Shown here piece by piece: positions 10,440-21,040 of a DNA stretch of 64,000 bases. The notes under the pieces are model-generated. The model had not been told where the DNA came from, searched no databases, and saw only the letters and a list, made by a program, of their open reading frames with translations. Numbering within the stretch: position 1 is the stretch's first letter; every line of letters begins with the position of its first letter. Location: positions 3,906,001 to 3,970,000 of the forward strand of contig SMSO01000025.1 of NCBI GenBank assembly GCA_004764695.1, read 5' to 3'. This stretch comes from Schizochytrium sp. TIO01. Taxonomy: Eukaryota > Protista > Bigyra: Labyrinthulomycetes. The position numbers were made by a program, and so were the translations under genes.

Positions 10440-11400
10440 GAGCAGAGAAAACCAGAACAATCGAACCAGATCATAAAAAAGTTCGTTGAAGCAAGATAGA
10501 TCAGATCGTCCACGCTTGCTGTCTAACAAGTGAGACAGCGATAGAGTAGGAGGCAGAGGTGGATGACGGGTGGCGAGCGCGTATGCAATCAACAAGCCTG
10601 TCTGCACGCAAACATGAGCACGTACCGAGTGAGTACCTAGCGGTCTAACCGATTTCGGGTCTGCCGCATCGTGCATCTTTCTCAAAATGATTCTTTTAGT
10701 TTCCTCCACCTCACTCTCTGGGCTCCTCTTGCGGCTGCGGATTCTCTACTTGTGGCACAGTTCTCAACTAGACAATGGCACAATATACAGTAGAACATTT
10801 CTGGATACTCTATTACACGCCTGAACTCTTCTGCTTTTGTTAGTTACCCAACAAGACAGACAAAAACAATTTTATGTAAAGATTTTAAAACAAACAGGCT
10901 AAAAGACCACCATAGACAGACGCAGAAGAAAGGAGCAGGTTTTACCATTCCCTGCCTTACAGGCTGTTCATTCTGGCGTCCAATAGGTTACAGGACCGGG
11001 AAGCCGCCTGCATATACCACATATCGTCTACGTAACTGCCTCTGTGGCGGCAGGTAATAAGAAACGGCCTCCGGTGTTGCGTCCGTTCAACGTTTTCTCT
11101 TTGTAAACAACTCGCACAAAAGTGATGATTGTTTTGTTTAATTTAATCTTTAAAACCAATTTTTTAACATAAGTTTGAACCAAACAAAAAAGAGGTAAAG
11201 AGAGAAAGATACACACAACAAGGCAGTCGTACGCTTTTAAACCACCACGATGATCCTCAACTCTTCTCGACCTAAACAACAATGTTGGAACGCCCCTAAT
11301 TAAAGGCGGTAGGCGCCGGTACGCGTTCCATGCGCCGTTCCTTCCATGCTGCGCCTTTCTTCTGGATAAACGAACAAGAGAAAGCAGTACGTACGGCAAT

Positions 11401-11768
11401 CAATGAATGAATGAACGAATGAATGAATGAATGAATGAATAAATAAATGATGGATTGATTGATTGACTGACTGATTGATTGAGGATACTAATCACCCAAT
11501 GAGTCGAGTTTATAACTCAATTCATGTACTACAAACATAAACTAAAGGACCGCAAACCACAGATTCCTAACAAATGCTACAGAAAGGAAGGGCTCCTGAC
11601 AACATACAGACATACAGACATACAAACATACAAACAGACTAACTAATTGATTAATCAATTAATTCATTCATTCATTCATTCATTCATTTATTCATTTATT
11701 CATTCATTTATTCATTCATTCATTTATTTGTTTATTAACTAACTAACTGACAGACTGACAGACTGACA
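11401..11768. repeat. Compound tetranucleotide microsatellites: (AATG)n/(GATT)n followed by complementary (CATT)n/(TTTA)n, plus (GACA/GACT)n
   Basis: Directly visible at 11401-11481 and 11640-11768. Confidence 0.85.
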
Positions 11769-12480
11769 AACGTGATGGAGGCCAGCCTGGCTGACTCGAT
11801 CCGTCGCCCTGTCGGAGGCCTCGCTCCGAAGAGGCCGGAGGCGCAGAGCGCTGGCTCGGCAGAGAGGCGCTCTGCTCTGCTCCGCTCCAGCACAGAGCCG
11901 GAGGAGCCCGAGCTAGCTAGCTCGCTGAAGAGACGGGGATACCTCCGCCGGCGCCGAGAGGACCCGAAGCTTTCAAAGGCTGATGAGCGGAAAATCCACG
12001 AAAAACGTTGGAATCGGAGAACTTGGCAGCGGTAGAGTTAGCGGTAGAGAGACGCCTAGCTGGCTGGCTGGAATGAAAGAAAGTTTTGAAGACTAGTAGA
12101 AAGCGTATGGCTGATTACTAAGATGGAGTTGCAGTGGCACTTTTAAGTTTTAGAAGAAAAAAAAATTAAAATTAAAAAAAACTGTTTGATGAAAGAAAGG
12201 AAAGACTGAGGAGAGATCAATCTCTGATTGATTTTGCTGATTTTGCTGATTGATGACGATTGATGATTGAATCTAACTATGGATGACTTGAAGGTCCATC
12301 GACCTCGAAGCGATTGAAGAAGAGGCGCAGGATACCTCGGAGAGTTGGTGCTCAGGTGTATGTATGTATGTATGTAGCTCTAGAGATGCGCGAAGGAGTC
12401 AGCGAGGATGACTCTTCTTCTAATGAAGAGCTGACGACAGACCGAGCACCATGCTTATCGACAGTTGGTTATAGCTAGTC

Positions 12481-12623
12481 TTTATTTATTATATATATAT
12501 ATATGTATATATGTATATGTATTTATTCATTCACTGTTTATTCATTTATTTGTTTATTTGTTTATTCATTTATTTATTTATTTGTTTATTTGTTCATTTA
12601 TTTGTTTATTTGTTTATTTGTTT
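12481..12623. repeat. (TA)n and (TTTA/TTTG/TTCA)n low-complexity tract
   Basis: Directly visible. Confidence 0.85.
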
Positions 12624-13491
12624 GGAGAAACACAGTTCAAAAGAAAGGACACCCATAGGGTTTGGGGTAGTAGCGGTTTAGCATCACTCTCTCAGCAGAC
12701 CGATCGACCTTATTGACCATGTCCCACGCACCTGCGAGTCCCAGTGGGATTTAAGGAGGGTCATGTGCCTCCGGTCCCCACAACAGAAAGAAGAGGCGCA
12801 CGGGACACAGTGTATACTTCAGTGACTCGTATATCGTGCGTTAGAAGGTGGTGCGGAAATAAAGAGCCGCGATGGCCCTCCTTCCAGACTGGCAAAAGGA
12901 GGCGCGATGCGGCCGTGAATGCGGGTTGTGCAGTCCAGACAGGCACCTCTAAAAGAGGCCTATTTCGTACGTTAAAACGGGCCCAAAAGACCGCGGGGTG
13001 GATAAGGGCTTTTTTAGATGCACCGCTCTTGTTCAGGGAGGGAGGGAAGAGTGAAACCTGATGTTTAAGCCTTGCAAGGCAGTGCAAATTGTGATTAAAA
13101 AGGGATACCAGCCAGAGCTGTGACCCTCACCGCGACCTCACAGGTTTTTAAAGTCTACATTGGCAGAAACTATGAAGAGGACCATCGTGGCTCTGTGATG
13201 GTCATTTTTGCAGGACCTCGAGATTCCCTGAATTCTTGCTATAAAGGTACGTGCTGAACGAATAAGGAACGATCGAAGAACTGAGTTGGGCACGAATGAA
13301 TGAAGGAATGACCGAAGGCAACTCACTGATTGCGCTGGAGGTGGCCAGCAATTCTTGTACAGAAAGTAATTCGTAAAGTTCTTCACGGGCTTTGGAGGCT
13401 CGCGAAAATCTGAATATTGAGATCCTGCGTGCAGTCGCGATTGAGGCAACGTTTTCAAGCTGTGTGAGATCCCTCTGGGAAGGTATTTGAC

Positions 13492-15297
13492 ATGGTGTCC
13501 ATGAAGGTGCTCTTCGGCAGCCAGACCGGGTCCGCCGAAGAGGTGGCGGAGAGAATTGCTAGGGACGCCTCGCGGCGGAACTTTGGCGATCATGTTCCTG
13601 TAATTGCACTCGATTCGTACAAACGTGAGGATTTGATTCAAGAAAAGCTTGTAGTCTTTGTGGTATCCACAACCGGAGATGGAGAACCACCTGATAACAT
13701 GCGCCAATTCTGGCGCTTTATCATGCGGAAAGGACTCCCTTCAGATGTTCTGTCAAACTTGCAAATCGTAGTCTTCGGATGTGGTGATTCTAGTTACGCT
13801 CAATATAATGTAATGGCAAGAAAGCTTCGCTCGAGGTTGCTGCAACTCGGCGCTACAGAAATTGCAGACCGTGGTTTTGGAGATGATCAAAGTTCTTATG
13901 GTCTTGAAGGTGACCTTGACACCTGGCTCCCCAATATGTGGACCCAAGTCCTTTCTCATTACCCTCTTCCACCCGGCTACGCTATTGACGAGTCTCCAAG
14001 ATTATTTGAGCCTCGCAATGCTGAGGTTGCTGCTCATGAGAATGATGGTGTTCAGCCACCTGGAGACAAGGAATCGTGGTCCTCGTGGCAAACCTCAGTG
14101 AGTGCGCGTGCCCCATTTGGCACATACCAGGATCAGGCCTGGGATTCTGTGTTAACATGCAATCGTCGAGTCACTGCCGATGATTGGGATCAAGATGTTC
14201 GACACCTGGAGCTGGAGTTCAGCTCTGAACTTCCATATGCGGCAGGGGATATTGCCGTCGTGTATCCAGAGAATGCTATAGAGGATACCCGCCTTGCCAA
14301 GACCTTGCATAAACTGGACTTGCCTGGGCTTGACACTGTTCTGGAGCTTGATCTTCCTCATGTGCCAAAGAAGTTGACAATGCGAGAGCTTTTGCATCGC
14401 TACCTCGACATTCTTGGTACCCCAAGACGTCGCTTTTTTGAAGCTCTTTCATTCTTCACGCCTGATGAAGACGAGAAAGAAAAGCTTGAAGAAATGTGTT
14501 CCAAGGAAGGCAACGATTTATTTCATACCTACTGCAAAAAGGAGCGCAAGAACTACCTCGACGTTTTCGATGATTTCAACACGGTCAAGCCACCTCTTCG
14601 CTACTTTGTGGAAATGATTCCACTCTTGCAACCACGTGAATACAGCATTAGTTCTTCTCCGTGTGCTCATGGACAGCGCGTTTTGCACCTCACAGTGGCA
14701 ATGTTGGAATACGTTACACCCTGGGGACGACACAATACGGGTGTTGCATCGCGTTGGTGGGCCTCCTTGCCTGTGGGGTCACACGTTTTGTGCCAAATCA
14801 AGCGTGGAACCTTGCGTATTCCTGATGACCCCAACGCGCCAATGATTCTTGTAGGACCTGGTACAGGCGTCGCTCCTATGCGCGCTCTTGCATACGAACG
14901 CCAACAGCCTAATGTACATCTTTACTTTGGATGCCGCTCAAAAGTAAAGGATGACTTTTACCATGATGAATGGGAAAGCATGGTTGAGCAAGGGAAACTC
15001 GGCTCGATTCGTACGGCTTACTCACGGGATGACCCAAAGCGTAAGGTCTATGTGCAACGTCTGTTGCGCGAGGATGGAGAAAAAATTGCCGACCTTTTGC
15101 TTCAGCAGGATGCTGTGTTCTATATTTCTGGTAATGCGAAGCAAATGCCTCGAGACGTAAAAGATACCGTGCAAAGTGTTCTTGCCAAAGCCCTTGAAAA
15201 GGAGGGTATTGCTTCCGCGGATGCTAGCGAACAGGCAGCCAAGGTAATTCAAATTCTTCAACGTAAGAATCGCTTCAAGACTGAGGCCTGGAACTGA
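13492..15297 (+). CDS. NDOR1: NADPH-dependent diflavin oxidoreductase 1 (NDOR1/Tah18)
   Basis: Flavodoxin motifs FGSQTGSAEE, STTGDGEPPDNM, FGCGDSSY; FAD motif PREYSISSS; NADPH motifs GPGTGVAPMR, YFGCR, AYSRD, KVYVQ; terminal EAWN; no N-terminal membrane anchor, unlike CPR. Start may be 13492 or 13501. Confidence 0.92.
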   Translation: MVSMKVLFGSQTGSAEEVAERIARDASRRNFGDHVPVIALDSYKREDLIQEKLVVFVVSTTGDGEPPDNMRQFWRFIMRKGLPSDVLSNLQIVVFGCGDSSYAQYNVMARKLRSRLLQLGATEIADRGFGDDQSSYGLEGDLDTWLPNMWTQVLSHYPLPPGYAIDESPRLFEPRNAEVAAHENDGVQPPGDKESWSSWQTSVSARAPFGTYQDQAWDSVLTCNRRVTADDWDQDVRHLELEFSSELPYAAGDIAVVYPENAIEDTRLAKTLHKLDLPGLDTVLELDLPHVPKKLTMRELLHRYLDILGTPRRRFFEALSFFTPDEDEKEKLEEMCSKEGNDLFHTYCKKERKNYLDVFDDFNTVKPPLRYFVEMIPLLQPREYSISSSPCAHGQRVLHLTVAMLEYVTPWGRHNTGVASRWWASLPVGSHVLCQIKRGTLRIPDDPNAPMILVGPGTGVAPMRALAYERQQPNVHLYFGCRSKVKDDFYHDEWESMVEQGKLGSIRTAYSRDDPKRKVYVQRLLREDGEKIADLLLQQDAVFYISGNAKQMPRDVKDTVQSVLAKALEKEGIASADASEQAAKVIQILQRKNRFKTEAWN

Positions 15298-16139
15298 TAA
15301 TAAAAGCCGTGCGATCCAATCTTGTTGAGCTCTAGGTTCCATGAGAATTATGAACTGCCTTTCTCCAGGAAAAGCAATTGATAGTATTTACTTGTATTAT
15401 GATGAAACTGCCTTATAGTAGATGTAGTTTTTTCTTTTCTTTTTTCACTTCTTCTTCTTCTTGTTTTTTGTAATGCCAGGGTATGCCACAATTTAGTCTC
15501 AAATGAGCGCGAAGTCCTCTAGTTGACTTGTTTAATCTCAGTTTGCTTAAAACATTTAACAACCTTTGCCTTTTGAGTATTTTGAAGATTGAACCTGTTT
15601 CTTCTGACAATGGAAACCTTTGCTTTGGTCTCCTTACACCTTTTCTCTCGGTTCTTTCTAAGTTTTTAAATCTTCATTGCCATGACTGAGCAATTGAACA
15701 CGTCACGGCGCTTTAGTTTCAAATGCTTTCTAAGTGACGTTTCTCTTATGTCTTTCCGCTATTGGACAAAAGAGATATTTGGATCTATTAATTAGCACGT
15801 GTGCACCCGAGCTTCGTACTACCAGAACCAGAAGCAGGGAGGTAGGGTACCTCAGTAAGTATCTAGTATTGCTATGTAAGTAAGTGTAGGTAGATACCTA
15901 GTTCCAGCAAGAGAAGTACCCACATTTTCCAAACCAAACTTATCCATGGGGCACCGTGAAGTACACATCATAGCAGAGGAGCGACTGGAGACATTCATGT
16001 TAAGCCTTAAGTGGTCACACGCAAGGCGATTACCAAAACATAATCACTTGCGAACGCAAGCACGTGTGATAGCATAAAGCTGTTCAGGCTATTTCTTGAA
16101 TTGGCTCGTTCCGCTTGTGAGTTGTTCGCCACAAGTTCG

Positions 16140-17951
16140 ATGGCAAAACTTTCAAGTGCCCAAAGGGCAACGCGAGAACGCAAGCTAAAGGTTCGTGATG
16201 AGGGCCGCCAACAGCTCATAGAGTTTACCAATGATCACCCTGATCTTGTGCTACCGCTCGAAGAACAGCGCAGAATTCTGCAACTTCGAGCTGTCCAGCT
16301 TGTTAAGGAGATTAAGCAAGGGAAGATCTCAGCTGAGCAAGTCATGGTGTGCATGTGCTTACTTGCAAAGCAGGCTGGCGAAGCTTTGGCTGCGACAACG
16401 GAGGAAATGTTCATGCAAGCTATTGACCAAGCCCGCGCAGCAGATGTAAAACTTGCAAAACTTGGTCCATCTGGATGTGGTCCACTTCATGGCCTACCGA
16501 TCTCCATTAAAGACCATATTGATGTGGAGGGCGTGGACTCTACAGCTGGCATCTTCGCACGTGCATTTGACCCACGTCCACGAAATGCAGCTCTTGTTCA
16601 AGCTCTCGTGGATGCCGGCGCTATTCCATATGTGAAGTCGAATGTTCCCTTGAGCCTGATGCTCCCCGAAAGTATGAATGACCTCTGGGGTCGTGCCCTT
16701 AATCCTTGGAACCTTGATCGTACCCCCGGAGGATCTTCGGGAGGCGAAGGCTCGTTAGTGGCCTGTGGTGCAAGCTTTTTGGGTATCGGCACAGATATAG
16801 GTGGTTCTATCCGGATTCCTGCGCACTACTGCGGGCTTGCTGGCTTTAAGCCTACGCCCATGCGTGTGAGCTCCTTAGGATCAAGTGCTCCCCAACATGA
16901 TCGCCGCAATGGTCAGCAGCTTATACTTGGTTCACCTGGTCCGCTTGCAAGATCTGTCGAAGACCTTGAAGCAGTTCTTGCAGTCTGGTGCCAACTTGGT
17001 TCTGCAATGTATACCCAGGATCCATACCTTGCACCCGTACCATTCCGGTCTCTTCGTCCTCCCACAAGAGTCCCATCTCAACGAATCGGCATAATCAGAA
17101 GCGATACATGGTTTGATGTTGCCCCTTCATGTGCCAGGGCTCTTGATGAGGCCTGTGAGGTCTTGACATCTTTGGGTCACGAACTAGTGGAGTTTGAGAT
17201 TCCTGGTGGTTGGGACTTTGTAGGACTCTACTTGGGAGCCATGAGCGCAGAAGGAGGTTTATTGAATATGAAGAGTGGACTTGAGGGCACCCCTTTCTTA
17301 GACGAATACCGCGAACTAGAAAGAATTTCAAAAGCCCCAGCTTGGTTGCGTCGTTCAGCAGCCCCGATACTTCGATCAAGTGGTGAGACACGCAAAGCTT
17401 TTGGATTCGAAATTGCCCGAAAACGAACAGTGATGGAATATTTTGAGCTTACCAAAGACATTGAGAAGTATCGCATGGACTTTATCGAAGCCATGCAGGC
17501 TGAGAGACTTGACGCTATAGTGTGCCCTGGAGGGACCCTTCCTGCGCTACCGCATACGGTGTCAAAAAAATTATCTGTGGCGCAATCGTTGACTTACCTC
17601 TTCAACTTATTGCACTTTCCAGCAGGCACAGTACCAATCAGTACTGTCCATGAAGACGAAGAGATTTCTGTTACTGCTTCCAAATTTTCAGATGATTGGC
17701 AAAAGAAAGCGGAAGAGACCTTGAAGAATACCCGGGGTTTGCCTTTAGGTATCCAAATTGCTACAAAACCTTTTGAAGACGAGTTATGCCTTGAAATAAT
17801 GCGTCAAATTGACGAGAATGTCACTTTGGAAAAAGAGTACCCTTTCATTATTGACTCTCCATTCGTATCGTCTCTGTCCTCAGGAACGACTCCATTGGAA
17901 GAAGGAGACACAAAGGCTCAGACATCCAGTTCAGGATCTTGCCAGGATTAG
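16140..17951 (+). CDS. Amidase-signature enzyme, fatty acid amide hydrolase (FAAH)-like
   Basis: GPLHGLPISIKD (catalytic Lys), TPGGSSGGEG, GIGTDIGGSIRIPAHYCG (Ser-cisSer), GLPLGIQI. First ATG at 16140; ORF track start 16101 is TTG. Confidence 0.9.
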   Translation: MAKLSSAQRATRERKLKVRDEGRQQLIEFTNDHPDLVLPLEEQRRILQLRAVQLVKEIKQGKISAEQVMVCMCLLAKQAGEALAATTEEMFMQAIDQARAADVKLAKLGPSGCGPLHGLPISIKDHIDVEGVDSTAGIFARAFDPRPRNAALVQALVDAGAIPYVKSNVPLSLMLPESMNDLWGRALNPWNLDRTPGGSSGGEGSLVACGASFLGIGTDIGGSIRIPAHYCGLAGFKPTPMRVSSLGSSAPQHDRRNGQQLILGSPGPLARSVEDLEAVLAVWCQLGSAMYTQDPYLAPVPFRSLRPPTRVPSQRIGIIRSDTWFDVAPSCARALDEACEVLTSLGHELVEFEIPGGWDFVGLYLGAMSAEGGLLNMKSGLEGTPFLDEYRELERISKAPAWLRRSAAPILRSSGETRKAFGFEIARKRTVMEYFELTKDIEKYRMDFIEAMQAERLDAIVCPGGTLPALPHTVSKKLSVAQSLTYLFNLLHFPAGTVPISTVHEDEEISVTASKFSDDWQKKAEETLKNTRGLPLGIQIATKPFEDELCLEIMRQIDENVTLEKEYPFIIDSPFVSSLSSGTTPLEEGDTKAQTSSSGSCQD

Positions 17952-18459
17952 ACTGCATCTATTCCCCTCCTTTCTATTTTTCTTTTTCTTTTTAAAAGCC
18001 AGTTTATGTTCACAATCACTCTTCATCATTTACACTCGCCTTGACGTCTTGAATCACAATAGCTTCACGTTGCCTCTGTTCTTACATGGCTTAACGAATG
18101 AGTTAATGTCTACAGAAGTTGATTCCAAAAAGGTGTTGACCTTATAGACAGGTCAACGGTTCGCTAGCTCCGAGCTCGTTCACAGTTCTTTAGCTCCAAG
18201 CTCTTGTAGTAAATTCATCGCTCAGACACACGCCAAGGTCCTGTAGCAATTGAGTGATTGTTTTGGCTCGAGTTTTTACCGTAGCTAAACGATGTTAAGG
18301 AGCTGCCTCTGACTAGTGAGAGTGGTCCGAGTGGTCCTATACGTAGCTAGGAGCCTAAGTAGGCACTAAGAAAAGAACTACTCCAAGGCCTCGTTTTAAA
18401 AATTGATAAAGATTTCTCCAAATCCAAATCAGAAGTCCAAGTTACCTCCACTTGATAAG

Positions 18460-19035
18460 ATGTCGAGTGGCAGCGCATGGCAGAACGCCGCGGCCCATGC
18501 AGAGGCCTCGCTGCGGAGCGCTCGCGCAGCAGTAGCCCGGGGCTGGCGCGACGGCGCCGATGGCGGCTCTGCAGCCCTAGATGAAGCCCAGGTTCGCCTG
18601 GACGACCTTGATGCCCTCGTGTCTGCTCGAAAGACCGCTCCAGTATCGTATACGCAGGCTCAACGCACATGCGATAGGCTCAGAGCAGAATGGTCCCGCA
18701 TTGTAGGTGAATTTAATGCGAATGGAGGACACGTTTCAGACTCCACTGTTGTAGCAGTGCAGCAAACTGCAGTGCAACAACAGGACCGGCAGCTAGACGA
18801 GATCGCAGCACAGCTTTCGCGTGTAGGCCAAATTGGGTCTGGGATCCATGAGGAGGTCACCCTGCAGACAGGACTGCTGGACGAGCTTCAAACTGGCATG
18901 GAGGAAGGCGTCAGGCGTGTTGGTGAGGCAAATAGGGAAGCTGGAGAGGTAAAGGATGCAGGTTCAACGTGCAAGCTGTGGATGGCAATCATTGTGCTCA
19001 CAATCATACTTATACTTCTTATAGTTCTTGCATGA
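18460..19035 (+). CDS. Qc-SNARE (syntaxin 6/8, Tlg1/Syp5-6-like)
   Basis: SNARE heptads QQDRQLDEIAAQLSRVGQIGSGIHEEVTLQTGLLDEL and a C-terminal TM anchor (LWMAIIVLTIILILLIVLA). ATG at 18460. Confidence 0.85.
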   Translation: MSSGSAWQNAAAHAEASLRSARAAVARGWRDGADGGSAALDEAQVRLDDLDALVSARKTAPVSYTQAQRTCDRLRAEWSRIVGEFNANGGHVSDSTVVAVQQTAVQQQDRQLDEIAAQLSRVGQIGSGIHEEVTLQTGLLDELQTGMEEGVRRVGEANREAGEVKDAGSTCKLWMAIIVLTIILILLIVLA

Positions 19036-19444
19036 GGTTTGTAGCGTCTCTATAATCTAGGGCTATGTTTTATGCAGAGATGAAGAAACAACGCGGTGTG
19101 TTGTATATGCCCATGTGTTGATACATGAAATTGATCGTCTTTGCATAACTAGCAAGCAAGGATAGGAGCTTGTTTAAATAGTATAGTTATTCCTGATCTT
19201 TTGAGTGTGAATTGATGTAACAATGACTGTATCACCCGTATGCCATTAAGACAGGTCAAAAGTCGCACTTCCTTATCTTTTAAAGGGTCAAGAACAAGCT
19301 TAATTTTTGTGTAAAATATACAGAACAGTGATGACACAACAGTGATTCAGGGGGGACCAAAATGCAAAATGTCAAGCACAAAAGGGTTTAAAGGTCCCGT
19401 GATAAAGAATTAGCAATAAACATGAAAAGTCTAAAAGAAATATG

Positions 19445-21040
19445 TTAAATGTACTCTTGTTTTAATTTAGCCTGCATTGCACCACTGATAGGATCATTGC
19501 CGACAATAGCAACGTCCTTGACAATTGTCGAAAGATGCTGCTGAGCCTCCTGCTTCTTGAAGCCGACTTGTTTGAGGAGCTTCTTCTTGGTACCCGTTTT
19601 TAAGAGCTTCTCAATATCAATGGTGCCGCCTTCGCTACGCATAATCTCAAGAATGGCTGCACGGAAGGCCTCCACGCCAGTGGCAGGTTTACGCTTGCCA
19701 GATGAAGAGCCTGCTGCTGCTTTCGATGCGCCAGAACCAGCTGCTCCGCTGGAGCTGGATGCAGTGGCTTCTCCGGGCTGGCCAGACTTGTTTCCGGCAG
19801 CATCGCCGCCGGCCCCTGTGGACGATGTCGCGGCAGATCCATCTGCAGAGGTATTGGCGCCACTTCCCGAAGCATCGTTGCCTTCCTTAATGACCTTGGC
19901 GCGGGCTTCTGCCTCTGCCTGCTCGCGTTCACGCTGTGCGTCGAGGGGAGTACGGCCAACTCTAGCACGTGAGTTATCTTCATCGTCGTCGTCTTCCTCC
20001 ATGGCATCTTCGTCTTCGTCTTCTGCAAACTCGTCATCAGAATCCTCCTCATCATCAGAAATAGCCTCCTGAAGATCTTCTGCGCCGTCGATAAGATCCT
20101 CTTCGTTGTTGTGCAGTTGCTCCTCTTCCTGAAGAATGGCGCCGTCATCCTCGTCATCTTGAAACTCTTGCTGATAGTCCGCATCTCCAGTACCTTCTCC
20201 GCGTCCCGCGTCCTGGCGATCGATGGCAAGCACATCAATATCCTCTTCGTCATTGCCTCCATCTGAGTCATTCTCGAGTCCTACATCTCGACCTCTCATT
20301 TTCTTGTTCGTCCGAATCTCTGCATCATCGTCACTCATGAGCAGCTCATCTCCATCTGCATTTGCATTTGCCTCCTTCTTAAATGAAGGTTGTCTTGGCG
20401 CACCTTTTCTCATCGCTTCATGAGATCCCATTTTTTCCATCTCCTCATCGCGCATACGTTGCCTGCTTTCCAAGAACTTGGCAACATTGCTCATGGAGGC
20501 CTTGCTGTCCTGCAGCTTCTTTACCTCGCTCACGCTCAGCGTGTGATAGTTGGGCGGTTTCTTGAACTCTACCCACTCATGCACAGGCACCATTCTGAAA
20601 GGTTCGCTTGGGTTGCTTTGGGGCGGCGGAATCATCACATAATACCTCGCAGATTGAGCTTCAACGTGCCCATATAGTACGTTTTTCTTTTTGCGGTCTG
20701 TGAGGACCCAACGCGTCTCTTTTCGGGCTTTGTATTGACGGCGTTTTTTGAAAGGCCTTGGGTCCTCATCGTCGTCGGGCTCGCTCTCGGAGCCTTTATC
20801 CTCGCCTATTTCCTCTGCCTTGAGATGTACAGGAGCAGGCCAAGCCTTTGTGCCAAAGGGAGGGTAGATCTTGTCCTCAGCGTCCTCTAGAAGCTTGGCC
20901 TTGACGGCCTTGTCCAGTTCGACCTTGGCGTATGGGAACTGGGCATTGTAGTACTTGCGTGTATCTGCAAAGGAAGAGCGCACTTCAAGCTCCGTATAAG
21001 CGGGCGCTTGTGCGTCCGAGCTCGACGAGGAGGAGCTCAT
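19445..21040 (-). CDS. GTF2F1: Transcription initiation factor TFIIF alpha subunit (RAP74/Tfg1)-like
   Basis: N-terminal WVLTD...G..E...YYVM...FRMVPVHEWVEFK...YHTLSVSE pattern, long acidic middle region, C-terminal winged-helix-like domain. Confidence 0.75.
   Translation of the reverse strand: MSSSSSSSDAQAPAYTELEVRSSFADTRKYYNAQFPYAKVELDKAVKAKLLEDAEDKIYPPFGTKAWPAPVHLKAEEIGEDKGSESEPDDDEDPRPFKKRRQYKARKETRWVLTDRKKKNVLYGHVEAQSARYYVMIPPPQSNPSEPFRMVPVHEWVEFKKPPNYHTLSVSEVKKLQDSKASMSNVAKFLESRQRMRDEEMEKMGSHEAMRKGAPRQPSFKKEANANADGDELLMSDDDAEIRTNKKMRGRDVGLENDSDGGNDEEDIDVLAIDRQDAGRGEGTGDADYQQEFQDDEDDGAILQEEEQLHNNEEDLIDGAEDLQEAISDDEEDSDDEFAEDEDEDAMEEDDDDEDNSRARVGRTPLDAQREREQAEAEARAKVIKEGNDASGSGANTSADGSAATSSTGAGGDAAGNKSGQPGEATASSSSGAAGSGASKAAAGSSSGKRKPATGVEAFRAAILEIMRSEGGTIDIEKLLKTGTKKKLLKQVGFKKQEAQQHLSTIVKDVAIVGNDPISGAMQAKLKQEYI

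Noticed and set aside
11772-12035. 87-aa ORF in a GC-rich island
   Set aside because: No motifs and low-complexity R/S/A composition; better explained as non-coding or structured sequence, though not excluded.
13492-15297. NDOR1 as a member of the nitrate cluster (Fe-S supply) or as a nitrate reductase substitute
   Set aside because: It lies more than 30 kb away among housekeeping genes, lacks Moco and cytochrome b5 domains, and is a universal cytosolic Fe-S assembly component.
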